DNA of 63,484 bases, filler included, from Nemertoderma westbladi (taxonomy: Eukaryota; Animalia; Xenacoelomorpha), in NCBI GenBank assembly GCA_032718475.1. It is 3 parts of 3 records of this genome, joined end to end, with 100 filler letters (N's around TTAATTAATTAA, not from the genome) between each part and the next. Parts side by side here need not be neighbours in the genome. Positions count along the whole stretch, not along the records: positions 1 to 30,075 come from JAUCBJ010004861.1; 2 more parts are not named here. The stretch is one strand, 5' to 3'. The notes under the pieces were generated by a model. The model made no database searches, was not told the DNA's origin, and was given only the letters and a program-made list of their open reading frames with translations. Position numbers and translations under genes: made by a program. Numbering within the stretch: the stretch's first letter is position 1; every line of letters starts with the position of its first letter. Of the stretch, positions 11,403-24,169 are shown piece by piece.

Positions 11403-12431
11403 ATGTCAAATTTGATTAAACCTACATTATTAATATCGAGTACGCGCAATGTATTCTTGAATCTTGGCTTGGAATTGTGGTTGTTTAACACAAAGATTCT
11501 TAAGGAAAATGAGAAGCTTGTTTATATTTGGGTGAATGATCCTGCTGCCGTGATTGGTCGTCATCAAAATCCTTGGAAAGAAATTGATTTAACTATCGCC
11601 AAGCGATATGGGATATCTGTCGCTAGGAGGTCCAGCGGTGGCGGCTCTGTATATCATGATCCGAGCAACTTGTGTATAACTTTTTTCCAATCCAGGAACT
11701 CATACAGTAAATCTTTGAATCTTGAGTGGATTGTGAACTCTTTAAACACAGTTTGGCCTTACCTTGATCTTACTATCAATTCTCGGGGAGATATACTAAA
11801 CAAAAATAAATTGAAGATATCTGGTTCTGCTTCCAAACTAACTCGTTTGTCAGCATACCATCACTGTACTCTACTCAGCCGTGGCTCCAATCTATCAATT
11901 ATTCCCAAACTCCTCCGGCACAACACAGACTTGAGCAATCTAGCGTGTCGAGCTACAGATAGTTTACACTCACTGGTTGGGTCCATTGATCTCGATGTAG
12001 ATGAAGTTATACAAGGATTAATTGACGTCAATAATATGGATGAAATTATTTATGTAAATGCAACCGATGAAAATATATATCCCGGTATTTCTGACTGTTA
12101 CACTGAATTGCTATCTTGGGACTGGGTTTATGGAAAAACGCCGCGATTCATTATTCACCAAATCCTTAAGGAAACTGGTCTAAAACTTAAACTGACCATC
12201 TTTAAGGGTATTATTGAAGACGTTGAGATTTTAAACATGTGTTCTTCTTCCTATGAAAGTGTTGGTATTATATTTTCTGAACATTTAAAAGGGATTCGTT
12301 TTACCAAGACAGACTTATACTCAGCAATTTCCCGTCTATTGAATTCTCCTATATATAGTAATAATAGTGTTTATTTTGATATTGTTGTTAGTGATATAAT
12401 ATCTCTAATATCGAATATGAATATATTATAA
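11403..12431 (+). CDS. LIPT1: Lipoyltransferase 1 (lipoate-protein ligase A family), single coding exon, 342 aa
   Basis: Motifs VIGRHQNPWKE, RRSSGGGSVYHD, KISGSA, YHHCTLL and WDWVYGKTP. Confidence 0.93.
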   Translation: MSNLIKPTLLISSTRNVFLNLGLELWLFNTKILKENEKLVYIWVNDPAAVIGRHQNPWKEIDLTIAKRYGISVARRSSGGGSVYHDPSNLCITFFQSRNSYSKSLNLEWIVNSLNTVWPYLDLTINSRGDILNKNKLKISGSASKLTRLSAYHHCTLLSRGSNLSIIPKLLRHNTDLSNLACRATDSLHSLVGSIDLDVDEVIQGLIDVNNMDEIIYVNATDENIYPGISDCYTELLSWDWVYGKTPRFIIHQILKETGLKLKLTIFKGIIEDVEILNMCSSSYESVGIIFSEHLKGIRFTKTDLYSAISRLLNSPIYSNNSVYFDIVVSDIISLISNMNIL

Positions 12432-13039
12432 GATATTTGCTGCTATAGCTTTTTCGCACTTCGTTTTATTTTCATTATTTAGAATTCTGAAAGGTCATTG
12501 ACTGACACCGAAATCCGTTTTACTTCTCCGCCGTGTAATGGTGTAATTGCTGTTGTCAATTTAATTATTGATTGTAAATTTTGAAATTAATTAAATAACA
12601 CTATCTCACTATCATCCATCACCATGCTCTACATGCCTTCATTTTTAAATTGACCTTTGTTATGTAATTGATGATACTTGTATACGTCCGACCGACATTG
12701 TTATTATCTTATACCAGAGTAAATCTTACAATATTTCTCGGGAGGAGAAAGTACAGTACAGCAGTTTAGGCCTACACTACACTACACATTTACTGATTCA
12801 CACCACATTTAACGGAAAATTATCTTATTACAGATCTAAATCACATTATTTAAATAAGTTCAAAATAAATTAATTAGGCCTGGCCTTTTCAAGGTCAATT
12901 TTAAACTGACTCACTATTGTTTTCTATATTAATAATAATGTTGATAATTTGTTGATATTCTCCCATTGATAATTCTAACGGCGGCGGTTTAAGTTTATAG
13001 ACAATATATAATACCCTAAAACTGTATGAGGTTGAGCCA

Positions 13040-13950
13040 ATGGCCGATCCTTTGTTGTATAACAGCGTAGTGGACCGACATATAGTCGGTTCACAGTCGC
13101 TATACCAAGAATCTCACCCTCAACCCGAACTGAAACGCAGTACCTTACCGGTAACCCGGACTGGCACCGGCACCACAAACTTAAACCTATCGAGTCTTCG
13201 CATCTCCGATCTCGATAACCACAAAGCACCGCAACCCGGCAAGTATCGAACTCCGCGAAAGAACCGCGACTTGGTAACTGGCGGCGGGTTCGAACTCCCG
13301 ACATTGGCTACATCTTGTCCAACTGCGAGTATACGTGTAGGACAGGAGAGCAATGCGACAACAGATGGGACGTATTGCAACCATTTGCCTGCAGCAGAAG
13401 ACTCAGTGATCCATAGCGATATTCGCACTGCAACAGCAGATAGACTAACTAACAAACTCCCCACGAATTCAGCCTCCAACGGTTCTGTACTATCCGGTTC
13501 CGGGTCTCCCGGATGTGGGAAGGAACCGCCCTTCCGTCGGAAATCCTCCACACCTGACGCGAGTAAACCGACGTGGGAGACGAGTAAACACCAGCTCCCG
13601 CGGGGCAGCGTCACTCCCTCGGGGCGACTAGACCCGTGGAGCGAGTACGCGCTCGCCCTGGCAACTCAGTCGCCGTGCACCGGCGCCGATGAAACTCAGT
13701 TTACGTTGTTGGAAAACAACGATAATTCCGACAAAGTTAAGACTAAGTTTCTAAACATGTGGAACAACATGAAGTACGGGTGGTCGATGCATCTGCGTAC
13801 CGTGTTCAGTCACTCCTACCCTATCTGGTTACTCGGCCAGGTCTACGATTTCCGATTGACCTCGGCTGATCATTCCGTGGAAGAGGCCAGACAGCACTGT
13901 CTGCGTCGGTTCCAACACGATTTTATTTCTAGGATTTGGTTTACTTACAG
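13040..13950 (+). CDS. ATG4: ATG4C/D-like cysteine protease, exon 1
   Basis: KFLNMWNNMKYGW, PIWLLG and FISRIWFTYR; donor ag|gtcagt, phase 2. The six exons join in frame to 1920 nt (639 aa plus stop). Confidence 0.9.
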
Positions 13951-14653
13951 GTCAGTAAATATTTCTTCGGACAAATTACTACGGTAACTAAACTTGTTTA
14001 AATTGATTTTGAGGATGGGAGTGGTGTTATCAGTTTTCAAAACTTTAAGTCACAAACTGTATCGATATAAAAGGTGTTTATCTAGATATAAAAAGTAACA
14101 CATGACAAAACACTTAATATTTTCTTATTGTCAACTTCAATTTCTTATGTTTTTATTGCGTTGATTTAAGCAATTGACGTGACCACATGTGTTGTAGGCC
14201 CAACATTTGTAAATTTAGCTAACGGAACGGTACCGGTAGTCTACATATTTTAGCAACGACGTTTCGAGTTCACGAGTTGGTGAAACACAACATTTTGTTC
14301 GAATACTTGATTGGCTTGGTTATTACAAGGGCGTATACATATTTTTGTGTTTCAACAAAAAGTACGATTTTTTCATTTGCAATATAGGTGGAGTGGACTG
14401 GACTGGACATGGCAATATTAAATGACAATAAATTATAGCCAATCCTGTGGGCCCTATATATAATTATTAAGAAATCATTCAAAATCATATTTTTTTAAAA
14501 ATGTACCTGGTCAGTAGACGACACGGTAATAAAAGTAACGAATTTCAAACAACGAGTCATTTCATTTGTTACATTTCCAGTTTTTTTATAATATTTTTTT
14601 ATCTAACTAAGACTAAGACTGTATATAATAAAACGTTTCTATGTTCTTTACAG

Positions 14654-14744
14654 GAAAGATTTTCGTTCTATATCAGGAACTGCGTTGACATCCGACTCTG
14701 GCTGGGGTTGTATGTTACGTTCTGGTCAAATGATGATAGCTCAG
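14654..14744 (+). CDS. ATG4: ATG4C/D-like, exon 2 (catalytic Cys)
   Basis: Acceptor tttacag|; [19 protein letters not shown]; donor cag|gttagt. Confidence 0.93.
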
Positions 14745-14771
14745 GTTAGTGTGGGGTGGGTTAGAGCTCAG

Positions 14772-15936
14772 CAAGGATGTTTTACGTTACGTTACGTTAC
14801 GTTACGTTACGTTACGTTACGTTACGTTACGTTACGGTATTACGTTACGTTACGTTACGTTACGTTACGGTATTACGTTACGTTGCGGTTGAAAAACTGA
14901 ACATTTTACGTTACGATATTTCATTACGGAATAATTTTCAAATTACGTTACGTTACTGTATTCTGAAAAAAATAATTGCGTATTACCGAAAATACCGTAA
15001 CGTAATAACCGGTTGATATTGCCATAAGATGTTGACAAAGAGATATTTAAAGTTTCATATTTTTGTCTAAACATCGGAAAACTATAGTTTCAATGTTTTG
15101 AAATTGCAAATTAACTTAACCATAAAAATAACTCCTGTGAAGAAACAAGACACACGGTACCGGTACTAACGGTATTCCAGTTACTCCCTTAACTCAGGTA
15201 TAAAACGTTATTATTATTTTCCATATAATAAACTGTGAATCTATTAATCTTGAAATTAACTCAGAAACTTTGGGAGTTGAAACTCAGGACGAGAATTATT
15301 GTGTTCTAGAAATCTGTATTTAGTCGCCTTCAGATTGGCCAAAGTTTAAGTGTTGCTGGAACTCTAAACAGATTAATTTAACGAGTCCTCAAACTATTAT
15401 TTAGGTCATGGATCATATAGTTTAGGTTATGTAGTTTATATTGTTTTTGTGATATTGTGGGGCGAGCCACGAAGTGAGTGAGCCTTTGTGCTGCGCGAAG
15501 GCCCCACGAACGTGTTCGTTTTTGTGATATTGTAATTGTTAAGTAGCCTATACTGAAGAAGTGCGCCTAGAATTAGCTTTTGGCTAAATTGATAGGGGGA
15601 CTTCATCATAAATAACTGGAGAAGCCAGGAAGCTGGCTATAAGGATACCGTGTACAGACAAACAAAACCTAAAAGCATTTAGCTTTATATTGAATTAGCT
15701 AGAACATGCAAGTGAAAGTGAAAGTTTTTGTCGAAAGATTTACTTTTTTGTCCAAAATGATTGCTTGGTAGCTAAAACAAATATTACGCTATTACGTTAC
15801 GTTTTACGGAAAAAATATACAGTAAAATTACGTTACGGTATTGAAAAAGCTATTACGTTACGGTTTACGTTACGGAAAAATATTGAGCTACCGTATTCCT
15901 GAAAAGATACCGTAACGTAACGTAACAACATCTTTG
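14772..15936. mobile_element. Non-autonomous hAT-like element in ATG4 intron 2
   Basis: TIRs caaggatgttttacgttacg / cgtaacgtaacaacatctttg; 8-bp TSD gagctcag (14764-14771) versus gtgctcag (15937-15944); GTTAC subterminal repeats. Confidence 0.85.
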
Positions 15937-17110
15937 GTGCTCAGGTTAGTGTGGGGTGGGTTAGTGCTCAGGTTAGTGTGGGGTGGGTTAGTGCTCAGGA
16001 TAGTGTGGGGTGGGTTATTGCTCAGGTTAGTGTGGGGTGGGTTAGTGCTCAGGTTAGTGTGGGGTGGGTTAGTGCACAGGTTAGCGTGGGGGTGTTAGTG
16101 CTCAGGTTAGTGTGGGGTGGGTTAGTGCACAGGTTAGCGTGGGGGTGTTAGTGCTCAGGTTAGTGTGTGGTGGGTTAGTGCACAGTTTAGTGTGGGGATG
16201 GTTGGTGCTGTTGGTGCTCAAGTTAGTGTAGGGTGGGTTAGTGCTCAGGTTAGTGTGGGGTGGGTTAGTGCTCAGGTTAGTGTGGGGTGGGTTAGTGCTC
16301 AGGTTAGTGTAGGGTGGGTTAGTGCACAGTTTAGTGTGGGGATGGTTAGTGCTCAGGTTAGTGTGGGGTGGGTTAGTGCTCAGGTTAGTGTGGGGTGGGT
16401 TAGTGCTCAGGGTAGTGTGGGGTGGGTTAGTGCTCATGCTCAGGTTAATGTAGGGTGGGTTAGTGATCAGGTTAGTGTGGGGAGGGTTAGTGCTCAGGTT
16501 AGTGTAGGGTGGGTTAGTGCTCAGGTTAGTGTGGGGTGGGTTAGTGCTCTGCTCAGTGCTTAGGTTAGTGTGGGGTGGGTTAGTGCTCATGCTCAGGTTA
16601 ATCTAGGGTGGGTTAGTGCTCAGGTTAGTATGGGGTGGGTTAGTACTCAGGTTAGAGTGGGGTGAGTTAGTGCTCAGGTTAGTGTGGGGTGGGTTAGTTC
16701 TCAGGTTAGTGTAGGGTGGGTTAGTGCTCAGGTTAGTGTGGGGTGGGTTAGTGCTCATGCTCAGGTTAATGTAGGGTGGGTTAGTGCTCAGGTTAGTGTG
16801 GGGTGGGTTAGTGCTCAGGTTAGTGTGGGGTGGGTTAGTGTTCAGGTTAGTGTGGGGTGGGTTAGTTCTCAGGTTAGTGTAGGGTGGGTTAGTGCTCAGG
16901 TTAGTGTGGGGTGGGTTAGTGCTCATGCTCAGGTTAATGTAGGGTGGGTTAGTGCTCAGGTTAGTGTGGGGTGGGTTAGTGCTCAGGTTAGTGTGGGGTG
17001 GGTTAGTGCTCAGGTTAGTGTGGGGTGGGTTAGTGCTCAGGTTAGTGTAGGGTGGGTTAGTGTTCAGGTTAGTGTGGGGTGGGTTAGTGTTCAGGTTAGT
17101 ATGGGGTGGC
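15937..17110 (+). repeat. 27-bp G-rich minisatellite (GCTCAGGTTAGTGTGGGGTGGGTTAGT)n
   Basis: Direct tandem repeats. The first unit lies at about 14739-14771, before the hAT insertion, and overlaps the exon 2 donor. Confidence 0.95.
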
Positions 17111-17459
17111 GATATCTATATCCAACAATAACCATAACCATTCAATTTAAATAAATTCAATAATAATTACTTTTTATCGTAATTTTTTTGCTTTTATCTT
17201 AAATTATCAAGATATATAATTAATCAAAACTATTTCGTACTAAAAAACAACTTCGCAAGAAGTAAATGCATTTAGGTCCTTTTGCACTGGTAGCAATAAT
17301 TATGTTTGTTATATTATTGTTAAGTTATTGGGAATGAATATTATACATAAAATCCTGGTATAACCTTTATGTAGAAGGGAGGCCAGACAAAAATATGTAT
17401 GTTTTAATAGACACCTGCATCCGCGGATGTCAAAAATATGACATCTGCAACATCCCTAG

Positions 17460-20400
17460 AGGGCTAGTGTTAAGGTTTGTGCGGGGTGTGTTAATGCTAA
17501 GGTTGGTGTGGGGTGTTGTAGTGTTAAGTTTGGTGTAGGGTGTGCTAAGGTTGGTGTGGGGTGTGTTAGTGCTAAGGTTGGTGTGGGGTGTGTTAGTGCT
17601 AAAGTATGTGTAGGGTGTGCTAAGATTGGTGTGGGGTGTGTTAGTTGTTAATGCTAAGGTTGGTGTGGGGTGTATTAGTGCTAAGGTTTGTGTGGGGTGT
17701 GTTAGTTGTTAGTGCTATGGTTGGTGTGGGGTGTGTTAGTGCTAAGGTTGGTGTGGGGTGTGTTAGTGCTAAGGTTGGTGTAGGGTGTGTTAGTGCTGAG
17801 GTATGTGTAGGGTGTGCTAAGATTGGTGTGGGGTGTGTTAGTGCTAAGGTTGGTGTGTGGTGTGTTAGTGCTAAGGTTGGTGTGGGGTGTGTTAGTGTTA
17901 AGGTGTAGGGTGTGCTAAGGTTGGTGCATGGTGTGTTAGTGCTAAGGTTGGTGTGGGGTGTGATAGTGCTAAGGTTGGTGTGGGGTGTGTTAGTGCTAAG
18001 GTTGGTGTGGGGTGTGTTAGTGCTAAGGTTGGTGTGGGGTGTGTTAGTTGTTAGTGCTATGGTTGGTGTGGGGTGTTTTAGTGCTAAGGTTGGTGTGGGG
18101 TGTGTTAGTGGTTAGTGCTAAGGTTGGTGTGGGTTGTGTTAGTTGTTAGTGCTAAGGTTGGTGTGGGGTGTGTTAGTGCTAAGGTTGGTGTAGGGTGTGC
18201 TAAGGTTGGTGTGGGGTGTGTTAGTGCTAAGGTTGGTGTGGGGTGTGTTAGTGCTAAGGTTGGTGTAGGGTGTGCTAAGGTTGGTGTGGGGTGTGTTAGT
18301 GCTAAGGTTGGTGTGGGGTGTGTTAGTGCTAAGGTTGGTGTAGGGTGTGCTAAGGTTGGTGTGGGGTGTGTTAGTTGTTAGTGCTAAGGTTGGTGTGGGG
18401 TGTGTTAGTTGTTAGTGCTAAGGTTGGTGTGGGGTGTGTTAGTTGTTAGTGCTAAGGTTGGTGTGGGGTGTGTTAGTTGTTATTGCTAAGGTTGGTGTGG
18501 CGTGTGTTAGTGCTAAGGTTTGTGTGGGGTGTGTTAGTGCTAAGGTTGGTTTAGGGTGTGCTAAGGTTGGTGTGGGGTGTGTTAGTGCTAAGGTTGGTGT
18601 GGGGTGTGTTAGTTGTTAGTGCTAAGGTTGGTGTGGGGTGTGTTAGTTGTTAGTGCTAAGGTTGGTGTGGGGTGTGTTAGTTGTTAGTGCTATGGTTGGT
18701 GTGGGGTGTGTTAGTGCTATGGTTGGTGTGGGGTGTGTTAGTGCTGAGGTTGGTGTGGGCGTGGGGTGTGTTAGTCGTTAGTGCTAAGGTTGGTGTGGGG
18801 TGTGTTAGTGCTAAGGTTGGTGTGGGGTGTGTTAGTTGTTAGTGCTATGGTTGGTGTGGGGTGTGTTAGTGCTAAGGTTGGTGTGGGGTGTGTTAGTGCT
18901 AAGGTTGGTGTGGGGTGTGTTAGTGCTAAGGTTGGTGTGGGGTGTGTTAGTTGTTAGTGCTATGGTTGGTGTGTTAGTGCTAAGGTTGGTGTGGGGTGTG
19001 TTAGTTGTTAGTGCTATGGTTGGTGTGGGGTGTGTTACTGCTAAGGTTGGTGTCGGGTGTGTTAGTGCTAAGGTTGGTGTGGGGTGTGTTAGTTATTGGT
19101 GCTAAAGTTGGTGTGGGGTGTGTTAATTGTTAGTGCTAGGGTTGGTGTGGGGTGTGTTAGTGCTAAGGTTGGTGTGGGGTGTGTTAGTGCTAAGGTTGGT
19201 GTCGGGTGTGTTAGTGTTAAGGTTGGTGTGGGGTGTGTTAGGGCTAAGGTTGGATAGGGGTGTGTTAGTGCTAAGGTTGGTGTGGGGTGTGTTAGTGCTA
19301 AGGTTGGTGTGGGGTGTGTTAGTGCTAAGGTTGGTGTGGGGTGTGTTAGTTGTTAGTGCTATGGTTGGTGTGGGGTGTGTTAATTGTTAGTGCTAGGGTT
19401 GGTGTGGGGTGTGTTAGTGCTAAGGTTGGTGTGGGGTGTGTTAGTGCTAAGGTTGGTGTCGGGTGTGTTAGTGTTAAGGTTGGTGTGGGGTGTGTTAGGG
19501 CTAAGGTTGGATAGGGGTGTGTTAGTGCTAAGGTTGGTGTGGGGTGTGTTAGTGCTAAGGTTGGTGTGGGGTGTGTTAGTGCTAAGGTTGGTGTGGGGTG
19601 TGTTAGTTGTTAGTGCTATGGTTGGTGTGGGGTGTGTTAGTGCTAAGGTTGGTGGGGGGTGTGTTAGTGCTAAAGTTGGTGTGGGGTGTGTTAATTGTTA
19701 GTGCTAGGGTTGGTGTGGGGTGTGTTAGTGCTAAGGTTGGTGTGGGGTGTGTTAGTGCTAAGGTTGGTGTCGGGTGTGTTAGTGTTAAGGTTGGTGTGGG
19801 GTGTGTTAGGGCTAAGGTTGGATAGGGGTGTGTTAGTGCTAAGGTTGGTGTGGGGTGTGTTAGTGCTAAGGTTGGTGTGGGGTGTGTTAGTGCTAAGGTT
19901 GGTGTGGGGTGTGTTAGTTGTTAGTGCTATGGTTGGTGTGGGGTGTGTTAGTGCTAAGGTTGGTGTGGGGTGTGTTAGTGCTAAGGTTGGTGTGGGGTGT
20001 GTTAGTTGTTAGTGCTATGGTTGGTGTGGGGTGTGTTAGTGCTAAGGTTGGTGGGGGGTGTGTTAGTGCTAAAGTTGGTGTGGGGTGTGTTAATTGTTAG
20101 TGCTAGGGTTGGTGTGGGGTGTGTTAGTGCTAAGGTTGGTGTGGGGTGTGTTAGTGCTAAGGTTGGTGTGGGGTGTGTTAGTTGTTAGTGCTATGGTTGG
20201 TGTGGGGTGTGTTAGTGCTAGGGTTGGTGTGGGGTGTGTTAGTGCTAAGGTTGGTGTGGGGTGTGTTAGTGCTAAGGTTGGTGTGGGGTGTGTTAGTTGT
20301 TAGTGCTATGGTTGGTGTGGGGTGTGTTAGTGCTAAGGTTGGTGTCGGGTGTGTTAGTGTTAAGGTTGGTGTGGGGTGTGTTAGGGCTAAGGTTGGATAG

Positions 20401-20622
20401 GGGTGTGTTAGTGCTAAGGTTGGTGTGGGGTGTGTTAGTGCTAAGGTAGGTGTGGGGTGTGTTAGTGCTAAGGTTGGTGTGGGGTGTGTTAGTTGTTAGT
20501 GCTATGGTTGGTGTGGGGTGTGTTAGTGCTAAGGTTGGTGGGGGGTGTGTTAGTGCTCAGGTTAGTGTTGGGAGGGTTAGTGCTCTGCTCAGTGCTCAGG
20601 TTAGAGTTGGGAGGGTTAGTGG
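17460..20622 (+). repeat. Related 27-bp minisatellite (GCTAAGGTTGGTGTGGGGTGTGTTAGT)n with variant units
   Basis: Tandem repeats. Variant blocks recur at about 19130, 19385 and 19695, and the array reverts to the GCTCAG type near 20550. Confidence 0.95.
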
Positions 20623-20770
20623 TTCGGTTTATTTGTTTGTTATGCACAGCCAGCTTTCAGTGTTATATTATTTGATACATTATTTGCGCAGCAGCCGTAG
20701 CAATCATAGTACTGCTCATGTGCATCCATATGCTTGGATGAGCTCTAGACTTTGTTATTTCCGTTGCTAG

Positions 20771-20952
20771 GCGTTCATAACGCATTTCCTATACCGTTAC
20801 TGGCGTGTTGATGGACGACATACGAGAGACGAATTGATTTACCACCGCGAGATTATTCGCTGGTTCGGTGACTTCCACTCCAATCTCTGTCCGTTCTCTC
20901 TTCATAACCTGTTGGTTATGGGAACGGGTTTGGGGAAATCGCCTGGCGAATG
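20771..20952 (+). CDS. ATG4: ATG4C/D-like, exon 3
   Basis: Acceptor gctag|; AFITHFL...HREIIRWFGD...PFSLH...GKSPGEW; donor tg|gttagt. Confidence 0.92.
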
Positions 20953-21574
20953 GTTAGTATTTTGCAGTTTATCTATAACCACAGCCATTCGGAATTCTAT
21001 GTTCCACGATCTGGTCCCTTTTATTGTTTTTCATTTTGTTGGTTTTTGATTGTAAATCCATTCATTTTGAGAATGTTATTGCTTAGCCCATAACCTAGTA
21101 ATAATAATTTCGGTACGTATGCTAAGCTGTAGTAGGACAAATATATAGCTATTTCTTCGTCCTTTTATAGATGTATTGACAGCGATTGATAGGAGACTCT
21201 AAAGTACGAAATATCTAAATCGCGATGTGTTTAATCGCGCTGTATATTTTTATTTGCGATATTTTTACTCGTAATTGCAGGTTTTTTCTTTGCATGAAGC
21301 ATGGAGGTGATAATTAATTAGAAACTCTGCCGTTAGGTGATGGTAAATACATAAATACCGGCAGTCATGATAAAAAAGATAAGCGTAACTAACTGACGAA
21401 TAGGAAGCAGCACCACAAACTCGCGCCAATCTTGTTTATGCTTTTTGATCGGGATTGGGACCGGGATTATCACTCCCGGGATCCCGATTTTCGGGATCGG
21501 GATTGCAATTTTGGATTAAATGTCCTAAAGTTATCACTATATGTGGCGGGTTTTGGGTTACTCACTTTATCTTA

Positions 21575-22573
21575 TAGTCGAGTCAATCTAGCCAAAAACC
21601 CATTTATAAGTATTTCGCAATCAATCCGAACCACACATTTTGGATTCTATATTACCTTATTAATGACCAAAAAAAGTCTATAAGATTTTATTTTGCGGAT
21701 CATATGTTTATTCATAGAAATTCTGGGTAAATTTGCATAACACAAGCCAAACAAAAGGAACAGTAGGGAAAAGTAAGTAGCAAATTGGTGATGTTCCAGA
21801 ATAATTTAATTAATTTCACAATAAGGTGTGATTCAATGGGAAATTGGTAATATTTACACTGGCGTGTTACACATTAATTGCTATATCTCGGAAACTAGAA
21901 GTCGCATCAAATTTTTAAATATATCAAAAACTTCACGAATTAAGGTAACCGTTGTAAAAAAAATTATACAATTCCACTGCAAAGAAATTTCATAATTTCC
22001 ATTAATGTTAGTGAAGATTTTTCACATAATTAAATTGTGATTGCTCTATTGATTTAAGGTGTAATTTATTTATTTTTTTTAGTTTGAAAACCACAATAGT
22101 TTATCATATAACGAATAAATATTTTGGTGATAAGGGTTTTTGGGGTCGATAAATCCGATGGGCGAGGTTACATCCACCCGTTTAGTATATAAGTTGTGTA
22201 AATAAGCTCTCTCTCTATATTGTACCAGCAAAATTGGTATTAAAAATGGTTAAATTATTAGACAAATTTCCGTTGTTCTGGAAACTAAATTGGTAACCAT
22301 ATAGAAGTGCATACTTCTGTCAATCGATAGTCATTAGAGTAAAGTTTGTCTGTACCAAATTTGGAGAAAATCCCACCAATAGAACCCTTGTTGCTATGTA
22401 AAATCCATGTTGCTAAGGAAAGAAACAGGAAATTGTAGGAGATCCGCATAATATAATATTATAGACTTTTTTGGGGGTATTAACAAGGTAATGTATAATA
22501 AAAAAAATTGGTTTGGATGAATTGCGAATTTGTTATGGGTTGACCCCCTTTTTCGGCTAGATTAACTCGCCTA
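21575..22573. mobile_element. About 1-kb non-autonomous TIR element nested in a CGGGAT-rich element (about 21445-22815)
   Basis: Ends tagtcgagtcaatctagccaaaaa / ttttcggctagattaactcgccta. cgggatcccg-rich blocks lie on both sides. Superfamily not resolved. Confidence 0.6.
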
Positions 22574-23041
22574 TTACACTTCTGAAATTTTAGTAAGAGA
22601 AATTATATTAAATTTAATTTACAATTGATTACTGTCATGAAAATTCGATATAATCAAACATTTCTGTTCTGCTGAAACTATTTATCAGATATTCAACAAA
22701 TTTACTTCATTATTTATACTTCTCGGGATCCCGTTCCAAAAAAGTCTGGATCGGGATTATTGCATATTTTGCCGGGATCCCGGTTTTTCGGAATCGGGAT
22801 ACACTTAAACACTAACATAGTACGATTTTGCAGTAATTACCACCTGGTAATTACTTTTAAATTTTTTAACAGCACACGCCAGTTACTCGGCCAATTTATT
22901 TGGCTAGGCGCGGTGTGTCAATCATGTGGATATACTCATTGTTTGGCCCCTTGTCCTCCCGGGTGTGTATATTGAATCCCACATTCGTTACATTCACCTG
23001 TACTACCCAACCCAACCCACTATATACTGCTACTATTCTAG

Positions 23042-23194
23042 GTACGGGCCTTCCACTGTGGCTCATCTCTTACGTAGTGCAATGATACAATCCCAGTTTA
23101 CCAACCCCCTTCTCGACCAACTCTGTGTCTACGTCGCTCAGGATTGCACCATCTATAAGGATGATGTCGAGCAATTGTGTCAAAGGACCCGGAG
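23042..23194 (+). CDS. ATG4: ATG4C/D-like, exon 4
   Basis: Acceptor ttctag|; YGPSTVAHLL...VYVAQDCTIY; donor ag|gtgagt. Confidence 0.92.
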
Positions 23195-23673
23195 GTGAGT
23201 CGGTCACTTCTATAAGCATTGAACGCGCATTTATAATGCAGGTTTTAAATACTAATAATATTAATTGAATAGTAATAATTTTTAATGTAAGCCAAGTTAG
23301 TCTATATTTTTAATTTTAAGTGTATTGTTCCTATATTTAATTTCATTCCACAATATTTACCTATTACACCTATTTTATTCCAAAATATTTATTTTTAACA
23401 GATCTATAACCCAAGTCTTGGGAATAATTTTTTTCCTTCGAATAAATGGAATTTACCTTTATTCCCAGGAAATGAAGGTAATTTAGCTACTTCTGTTCTT
23501 ATAAATGGAGGATGTTTATTATTTTATTCCTGTAATGCATTCTTGTTGTATTTCTGTATAACAGCTATCGGTAGTTAGAGTCACTACCAGCAACCGGCCC
23601 TCGTCTGCGCCTTCAACCAGTACAATATGGTTTAAAGAGAGCAAAAGTGAAAAGGCAATTTTGTGGAATAAAA

Positions 23674-24005
23674 TACCGTATTTACTCGAATAAGAGCCTT
23701 GGCGTTTAAGTTGATAAATGGCCAATTGGGGATGCGTTTATTCGAGGAGGGCGTTTATTCGGGGGAGGCGTTTATTCGGGGAGGGCGTTTATTCGGGGAA
23801 GGCGTTTATTCGGGGAAGGCGTTTATTCAGGGAGGGCGTTTATTCGGGGAAGGCGTTTATTCAGGGAGGCGTTTATTCGGGGAAGGCGTTTATTCGGGGA
23901 AGGCGTTTATTCGGGGAGGGCGTTTATTCGGGGAAGGCGTTTATACGGGGAAGGCGTTTGGCGTTTAAGTTCCAAATTGTCTGGTTCGAGTGGGGGCGTT
24001 TATGT
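23674..24005. repeat. 17-bp repeat (GGGAAGGCGTTTATTCG)n inside a probable MITE remnant
   Basis: Tandem units at about 23730-23960, preceded by the TIR-like sequence taccgtatttactcgaataag. Confidence 0.7.
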
Positions 24006-24169
24006 TTATCTTCTAGATTTTTTTAGCATTTTGAATGTAATAATACCCTAATAAAAAATAGGGCCAGCCTGCACAGTACACATACATTTGTTAATTCTGG
24101 GTTAACTTATTGACTCGGCAATCGAAACCCTAGACAAAACAAACAACAAGTTATATTTTCACTTGGCAG

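Noticed and set aside
15937-20622. Telomeric repeat or protein-coding repeat ORFs
   Set aside because: GGTTAG occurs only as part of a 27-bp unit inside an ATG4 intron; the ORFs are by-products of a unit length divisible by 3.
23565-23655. Extra ATG4 exon (acceptor-like tataacag followed by a coding-looking stretch)
   Set aside because: In the required phase it gives a stop or has no compatible donor, and exon 4 joins exon 5 in frame without it.
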